Source: an uncultured bacterium
GTDB lineage: Bacteria; Lernaellota; Lernaellaia; Lernaellales; Lernaellaceae
DNA: 20,387 nt
Direction: 5' to 3'
Assembly (NCBI GenBank): GCA_964534375.1
Contig: CAZHPN010000108.1
Span: forward strand, 1-20,387
In this document: one piece after another, positions 15,552 through 20,387 of the stretch
How positions within the stretch are numbered: position 1 is the first letter of the stretch
Layout: every line of letters begins with the position of its first letter
Translations under genes and position numbers: made by a program
Notes under the pieces: generated by a model
The model's input: only the letters and a program-made list of their open reading frames with translations
Databases searched by the model: none
Told to the model about the DNA's origin: nothing

Positions 15552-15565
15552 GAGGGGTAACGGCA

Positions 15566-15991
15566 ATGCAGACGAAAACGTTTGACCTTAAGAAAATGAC
15601 CGTGGCGATTGGCCCGGTTACGCTTGGCGACTTCGCCAAGGGCGACGTTATCAAGGTAATCCGCGACGAGGACACGTTCAAGAAAGAAGTCGGCGCGACC
15701 GGCGAAGTGGGCCGCTCGAAAACGAACAACCGCGCCGGGAAAATCACGTTCTCGTTGCTTTCGACCAGTCCGGCAAACGCGGGCATGTCGGCCGTGATGC
15801 TCTCGGACGAAGTGAGCAACGGCGGCATCGTGCCGATTACGATTATGGACAAGGGCGGCGCTGACGTTCACGTCGCGCCCGAATGCTGGATCGTCAAACC
15901 GCCCGATGCGATTTACAGCAACGAAGTCAAAGACCGCGCCTGGGTTTTCGATTGCAGCGACGTGGATATGTTTTTCGGCGGCAACAAGTAA
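15566..15991 (+). CDS. Tail tube protein (DUF3277-like)
   Basis: 141 aa after the sheath. Motifs TFDLKK, VGATGEV, GKITFSLLSTSPAN, CWIVKPP, RAWVF. Confidence 0.88.
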   Translation: MQTKTFDLKKMTVAIGPVTLGDFAKGDVIKVIRDEDTFKKEVGATGEVGRSKTNNRAGKITFSLLSTSPANAGMSAVMLSDEVSNGGIVPITIMDKGGADVHVAPECWIVKPPDAIYSNEVKDRAWVFDCSDVDMFFGGNK

Positions 15992-16047
15992 AACGGCGCG
16001 CCGCGCGAAGCGTTTGACCCCACCTCCAAAAACCAGCGGAGATACCT

Positions 16048-16482
16048 ATGCCTTTGCAAAATGCAGACCGCCAGATCGACGGCCACAAGTACACGGTGCG
16101 GACCTTTCCGACGCGCGTTTCGCTCGAAATTCTGGCGCGGTTGACGCGGCTGTTCGGGCCGTCGCTGGCGGAATTCGACGAAGACGGTTTCGGCGCAGCC
16201 GCGGCGGCAAAAACGCTCGTCGGCAGTATGGACAAAGTTGACGTTTGCCAACTGGTCTTGGACATGGCCGAAACGCATCACAACGTCCTGGTGGACGGCG
16301 AAAAAATGCAGGGCGAAAACATTTTCGACTTGCATTTCGCCGGTCGCCTGGGCGCGCTTATCGCGCTCGTGACGTTCGTAATGGAGTGCAATTACCGGGA
16401 TTTTTTCGACTTGATGAGAGCCGCCGTCGCTACCGTCAAGAATGCGACGAAGAAGGCGGCAGCGGAAACGGGCCAGCCGTAA
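16048..16482 (+). CDS. Tail assembly chaperone (gpG-like)
   Basis: GGAG SD; lies between tube and tape measure; FDLHFAG and NYRDFF motifs. Confidence 0.82.
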   Translation: MPLQNADRQIDGHKYTVRTFPTRVSLEILARLTRLFGPSLAEFDEDGFGAAAAAKTLVGSMDKVDVCQLVLDMAETHHNVLVDGEKMQGENIFDLHFAGRLGALIALVTFVMECNYRDFFDLMRAAVATVKNATKKAAAETGQP

Positions 16483-16658
16483 CCATCCCCAAGGCGCTGC
16501 AAGCCGATTGGCTCGTTTGGCGAGTCTGGTTGTCGGGCCTCGCCACCCTGCAAGAGATCGACGCGGATTGGTCCCTCGCCGACTTGGTGCAGGCCAACAT
16601 GGCGCTCGACCTGAAAGACCACGCCGAACGGTTGGCGAACAAACCGACCGAAACGTAG
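16048..16658 (+). CDS. Tail assembly chaperone -1 frameshift product (gpGT-like, ~203 aa)
   Basis: Slippery heptamer T TTT TTC at 16401-16407 in the chaperone frame. The -1 frame is open to TAG 16658 and encodes WLVWRVWLSGLATLQEIDADWSLADLVQANMALD, which has no ATG in front of it. Confidence 0.72.
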
Positions 16659-16676
16659 AACCGAACAGGTGCAAAA

Positions 16677-18836
16677 TTGCCAGTCGTTCGTGAACTCATA
16701 ACCCGATGGGGCTTCGCCGCCGACACCGCGAAAGTGACGGCGTTCAACAAGGAGATCGCCGGGGGAAAAGTTGCGGCCAACGAGTCGGCGTCGGCGTACA
16801 GCGGGTTAACCGCCGTCATCGGCAAATACATTGCGGCAATCGGCATCGTCGGCATCGCCACGAAGAAGGCGCTCGACACCGCGAACTTCAAAGACGCGAT
16901 GCTCAACACGATGACGATAGTTGAGGCGACCGGCGACAAGCTGGCGGCAATTCAGGACGGATTGGAAAAAAAGGCGCGGGAACTATCTGATCGGTTCGGG
17001 ATCTCCGCGCAGGAAATCGGCGGCGCGGGTTTCTTCCAAGTGTTGACCGATGGCGCGCAGCCCGCGACAAAAGAATTCGACGCGCTGGCCGAAACGGGCA
17101 TCAAGGTCGCAAAACTCACCAACCAGCAAGTCGCGCCGGCCATCGAAGGGGTTACGGCGCTGCTTCACGGTTTCAACATCGAAGCGACCGACGCGCCGGC
17201 GCTGATGGACAAGTTTTTCAAGGCCGGCAAGCTCGGCATGTCAACGAACGTGCCGCAGATGATGGCCGCGTTGCGTATTTTCGGCCCGACCGCTCGTTTA
17301 GCCAAGATGGACATAAGCGAAGCGATTGCCGTGTTGGGCGGATTCGCCAAAGTAAACTTGAAAGGTGAAGCGGCGGGCGAATCGCTAAATATGTTCCTGA
17401 CGAAGCTGCAAACGCCGACGCCGACCTCCGAACCGTGGTTGCAAAAAATGGGTTGGGATATGCACGACCCGAAGAACCACCCGTTATATGACGCGACCGG
17501 CAAGATGCGGCCGCTGCTCGATATTATCGAGCGATTGCAGCACGGCGTTGCGAAACTCAGCGACGCGCAGCGCAACGAGGCGATGAAGGAACTGTTCGGC
17601 GAACGCATTTGGAAAAAATTTGCCGGCATTTTGAATCTCGACATTGAAACGTTGCGTAAATTCCGCACGGAGATCGCCGGCGCGGGCGGCGACATGGACC
17701 AGGCGCTTGCGGTCAAAATGGATTCGCCGATTGGAAAATTCAACAAACTAAAGGAAAACATCAAAAATTCCTCGATTGAACTGCTGGAAGGTTTGATTCC
17801 GGCCGTCAACGAGTTTATGGCGGATTTGCTCCAAGGAGTGACCGACAACAAGGAAGCCATCCACGACTTCGCCACGGGCGCCGTCGCGGACCTGGGCGAA
17901 ACGATCAAGTGGATTGGCAAATACCGAACGGCCCTTGAGGACGCCGCGAAAATCGTTGTCACGATTTGGGCGGGCGTTACCATTGCCGGCTGGCTTCCGG
18001 CTCTGGCAAAGATCGTCGGGTACGTTATCGGCGCGTTAATTCCGGCGTTCACCCAGGCGACGGTTGCGGTCGCGGCGTTCGCCGGGGAAGGCGCAACGAT
18101 CTTCACGGTCCTGGCGGGTTCTCTCGCCTTGGTCGTCGGCGGCATCGTGGCGCTCGCCGCCGAAATAGGCGGAATAATTTATTATATGTATTCGGCGATT
18201 GCCGCGTGGCAACAGGCCGACGCCCTAATAAAAGCCCAAGGCGAGTCGCGCGTTCAAAACGGCAAAACTTTGAGTTATTACGCCGAAATCGACAGGATGA
18301 CCGGCACGGGCAACCAGAAAGGCACGAAAGAGCAGCGAAACGCCTATGTGAAGGCGCGCAACGCCGGCAAGACCGCCGATGAAGCATGGGAAATCGCGTT
18401 CAAAGACGAAAACGACGCAAACGCGAAAATGTACCGGAAGGGAAAAGACGCCGGGACTAATTGGATGGACGGGCTGCAAAAAGGGCTGAAAGACGGCAAG
18501 GACAAGGCCGAGGACGAACTGAAATTTTTGCATCCCGGCTTCGACAAAGGCACGATGCAGGACTTTGCCGAATTCATACGATCGGGCTACGCGCGCAAGG
18601 GCGGCGGCGAGGCCGACCAGATCGGCGCGTGGCTTGGCGGGCGCAAAGTGCCGCTCGAAACCTTCGGCGGCAAAGCGGGCGGCGGCGTGACGCACGACAA
18701 CCGGACCTACAACATCAACGGGGCGCAAGACCCGGCCGCGGTCGCGGCTGAGATCGGGCGCCTCGACCGCGGCAATACGCTGGACTTTCTCGGCCCTCAG
18801 AAATTGCCGGTGTCGTCAATCCAACCAAATCTCTAA
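16677..18836 (+). CDS. Tape measure protein (TP901-like core), 719 aa
   Basis: TTG start after AGGTG. VRELIT N-terminus, KGEAAGESL and YDATGKMRPL core, helical Ala/Gly-rich body, central hydrophobic segment. Confidence 0.92.
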   Translation: MPVVRELITRWGFAADTAKVTAFNKEIAGGKVAANESASAYSGLTAVIGKYIAAIGIVGIATKKALDTANFKDAMLNTMTIVEATGDKLAAIQDGLEKKARELSDRFGISAQEIGGAGFFQVLTDGAQPATKEFDALAETGIKVAKLTNQQVAPAIEGVTALLHGFNIEATDAPALMDKFFKAGKLGMSTNVPQMMAALRIFGPTARLAKMDISEAIAVLGGFAKVNLKGEAAGESLNMFLTKLQTPTPTSEPWLQKMGWDMHDPKNHPLYDATGKMRPLLDIIERLQHGVAKLSDAQRNEAMKELFGERIWKKFAGILNLDIETLRKFRTEIAGAGGDMDQALAVKMDSPIGKFNKLKENIKNSSIELLEGLIPAVNEFMADLLQGVTDNKEAIHDFATGAVADLGETIKWIGKYRTALEDAAKIVVTIWAGVTIAGWLPALAKIVGYVIGALIPAFTQATVAVAAFAGEGATIFTVLAGSLALVVGGIVALAAEIGGIIYYMYSAIAAWQQADALIKAQGESRVQNGKTLSYYAEIDRMTGTGNQKGTKEQRNAYVKARNAGKTADEAWEIAFKDENDANAKMYRKGKDAGTNWMDGLQKGLKDGKDKAEDELKFLHPGFDKGTMQDFAEFIRSGYARKGGGEADQIGAWLGGRKVPLETFGGKAGGGVTHDNRTYNINGAQDPAAVAAEIGRLDRGNTLDFLGPQKLPVSSIQPNL

Positions 18837-18846
18837 TCGACATACT

Positions 18847-18894
18847 CGGAAGGCCGAAACGGTTTGCGTGTTGCAACCCGTGTGCGGTTTTCCG
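18847..18894 (+). other. Long imperfect RNA hairpin after the tape measure gene
   Basis: CGGAAGGCCG (18847-18856) pairs with CGGTTTTCCG (18885-18894) with two G-U pairs. Inner arms ACGGTTTGCG / TGCAACCCGT. Confidence 0.55.
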
Positions 18895-18913
18895 CTTTCA
18901 AGAAGGGGTCAAT

Positions 18914-19120
18914 ATGCCTACGCAAGTCACGATCACCGATCCGAAACTCGTCGCTTTCGTGGAAGCCCTCGAAGCGAAAAACCCGGAAGCGGCGGCGGTC
19001 GCCGCGGTCCCGGTTGCGACGGAAATCCTCGCCGTGCTTTGGCCGAAGTTGAAGCCGGAACTCGCCGTTGCGGCGACCATTTTGCCTTACGTGGCGCGCG
19101 ATCTGCCGACGCACGTCTAG
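18914..19120 (+). CDS. Hypothetical 68-aa hydrophobic protein (moron-like insert)
   Basis: AAGGGG SD; Ala/Val/Leu/Pro-rich; separated from both neighbours by structured intergenic regions. Confidence 0.65.
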   Translation: MPTQVTITDPKLVAFVEALEAKNPEAAAVAAVPVATEILAVLWPKLKPELAVAATILPYVARDLPTHV

Positions 19121-19134
19121 GCAGATTCAAAACC

Positions 19135-19168
19135 GCAAACCGCCCTGGGGCAACCTGGGGCGGTTTGC
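19135..19168. terminator. 15-bp hairpin with GCAA loop (terminator or mRNA-stabilising stem)
   Basis: GCAAACCGCCCTGGG-GCAA-CCTGGGGCGGTTTGC. The U-tract on + is poor, so direction and role are uncertain. Confidence 0.55.
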
Positions 19169-19190
19169 AATCTCGTTTCGGGAGTAACCG

Positions 19191-19868
19191 ATGCCGCTCG
19201 GTTTTCTGGTCAACGTACCGATCAAAACTCGCTTTCAAGTGAGTGGGACCGGCACCGAGGTTGACCCAATGCAAGCCCTGTTCGGGCAATTCACCGGGGC
19301 GGCGAGCGGCGTGCTGCTCGAACTCGACGCGGCGATCACCGAAGATCACGAGGTCAACGCGGAAACGACCGACTACCCGATTGAAACCGGCGCGATCATT
19401 TCCGACCACTATTTTCTGCGACCGCGAAAATACAGCGTTACGGGCATGGTGAGCGATTCGCCGGTTCAATACTTGTCGGCCCTCTCGACGGGCCTTGGCA
19501 GCGTTACAAACGTCATGGGAATCAGCACCGGCGAGTTGTCGCGCTCGCTGACGGCGTATCAGGCCATGCTCAGTTTGATGGTTTCGGCAACGCCTTTTGA
19601 AGTAGTGACCGGCCTCGATTTTTTGAAAAACATGGTCGTGAGCAGCCTTCGCGTGCCGCGCTCGGCGGTTCTCGGTCGGCAGTTTCGGTTTTCCGCCGAA
19701 CTCAAGCAATTGAACATTTTGAAAAAGGGCAAAGGGTCGAACACGACTGAGGATTTATTCGCCGACACCGACGAACTCGGTTACTTGTCGGGGCAAATTC
19801 CAAACGCGGTCGTCATTGCCGGCGCGGCCCTCTTTCTTGGGCTGGTCGGCTACCAGCTTTTGAAATAA
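19191..19868 (+). CDS. Baseplate / tail tube initiator (Dit-like) protein
   Basis: GGGAG SD. LELDAAITEDH...TDYPIETGAIISDH...P, GMVSDSP, PFEVVTGL and NMVVSSL motifs; follows the tape measure. Confidence 0.8.
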   Translation: MPLGFLVNVPIKTRFQVSGTGTEVDPMQALFGQFTGAASGVLLELDAAITEDHEVNAETTDYPIETGAIISDHYFLRPRKYSVTGMVSDSPVQYLSALSTGLGSVTNVMGISTGELSRSLTAYQAMLSLMVSATPFEVVTGLDFLKNMVVSSLRVPRSAVLGRQFRFSAELKQLNILKKGKGSNTTEDLFADTDELGYLSGQIPNAVVIAGAALFLGLVGYQLLK

Positions 19869-19879
19869 CGGGGCCGACC

Positions 19880-20218
19880 ATGATCGACATTCCAATCAAT
19901 GCAAGCTCGCCGTCGCAAACGATGACGGTCGTGCTCGGCACGCAGACCTTTCGGTTGTCATTCGACTGGAACGGCCGCGAAGAAACCTGGGTCATGGCGA
20001 TTGCCACGAGCGACGACAACGTGCTGCTGGCCGGCGTGAAACTCATCGCGGGCTGGATGCCGTTGCGCTCGGTCGTGATGGCGGGCCTTCCTGACGGCGA
20101 ATTTGTCGTGGTCGATACGACCGGGGCGAACGATCGGGTGACGCGCGACGACCTGGGGCCGGACCTTCGGTTTCGGTTGCTTTTCCTGACGACCGACGAA
20201 ATCGGGGCGGCGGCATAA
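19880..20218 (+). CDS. Small baseplate protein (plug-like)
   Basis: 112 aa with PSQT...L, WN.R...W and LLAGVKLI pattern; typical position between Dit-like and hub genes. Confidence 0.72.
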   Translation: MIDIPINASSPSQTMTVVLGTQTFRLSFDWNGREETWVMAIATSDDNVLLAGVKLIAGWMPLRSVVMAGLPDGEFVVVDTTGANDRVTRDDLGPDLRFRLLFLTTDEIGAAA

Positions 20219-20387
20219 TGTTCGGACGATTGATTTACGTGGCCGTCGATGCGAACACGACGGTGCCGGCGCCAGCGGTCGAGATCATGCCGCGGACCCT
20301 GCGCGTGACGTTCGACGTTGAAAAGAAGATCGACCCCGAACCGAACCGCGTCAAAGTCAGCATTTACAACCTAAACCGGCAAAGTCG
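20218..20387 (+). CDS. Baseplate hub protein, N-terminus (3' truncated; not in ORF track)
   Basis: TAATG overlap. Translation MFGRLIYVAVDANTTVPAPAVEIMPRTLRVTFDVEKKIDPEPNRVKVSIYNLNRQS contains the LRVTFDVEK..PN...IYNL hub motif. Confidence 0.75.
   Translation, partial: MFGRLIYVAVDANTTVPAPAVEIMPRTLRVTFDVEKKIDPEPNRVKVSIYNLNRQS

Larger units (their letters stand above)
1..20387 (+). mobile_element. Tailed dsDNA phage/prophage segment (replication end, late control, packaging, HK97-type head, contractile tail, start of baseplate)
   Basis: Co-oriented, tightly packed ORFs with ATGA/TAATG overlaps in canonical terminase-portal-protease-capsid-neck-sheath-tube-chaperone-tape measure-baseplate order. 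No host genes, integrase or att site in the window, so prophage versus free phage cannot be decided. Confidence 0.97.

Noticed and set aside
15476..16010. Similar AACGGCGC...CCGCGC sequences right after the sheath and tube stop codons
   Set aside because: Only two short GC-rich matches, compatible with chance.
366..20046. Many long minus-strand and alternate-frame ORFs in the track (e.g. 6262..7572, 14321..15517, 5075..6031, 17165..18145)
   Set aside because: They lie over well-supported + strand phage genes and show no recognisable motifs; such shadow ORFs are expected in GC-rich DNA.
1..20387. Stop-codon reassignment, introns/inteins, tRNAs, DGR, or defence/anti-defence genes
   Set aside because: All core genes are intact in the standard code and use TAA, TGA and TAG as stops. 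TerL and portal have normal lengths, and the three inserts lack intein or homing-endonuclease motifs. I saw no cloverleaf, reverse transcriptase or recognisable defence domain.

Overview
The whole window is part of a GC-rich tailed dsDNA phage or prophage with a contractile (myovirus-type) tail. All credible genes are on the + strand. Gene order: 3' part of a primase-associated SF3-like helicase with an embedded iteron cluster (probable origin); small ORFs; a probable late regulator followed by a sigma70-like promoter and an immediate terminator; holin-like gene; TerS; TerL; HK97-type portal; gpF/gp7-like minor head protein; HK97-type prohead protease; major capsid; a holin-like plus NlpC/P60 (TIGR02594-like) cassette; neck genes; sheath; tube; tail chaperone with a -1 frameshift; tape measure; a hairpin-flanked 68-aa insert; first baseplate genes. 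I found no wholly new defence or metabolic system. The most unusual points are: (1) an HK97-gp5-like capsid that lacks both chainmail crosslinking residues and has a ~70-aa domain in its E-loop; (2) possibly related extra domains inserted in the neck terminator (bounded by a 9-bp direct repeat) and in the sheath (two tandem copies); (3) a lysis cassette inside the head module; (4) a Q/pR'/tR'-like late-control layout; (5) a GC-skew flip in terS; (6) apparent absence of several 6-bp restriction palindromes. All family assignments come from motif recognition and synteny by eye, not from database searches.
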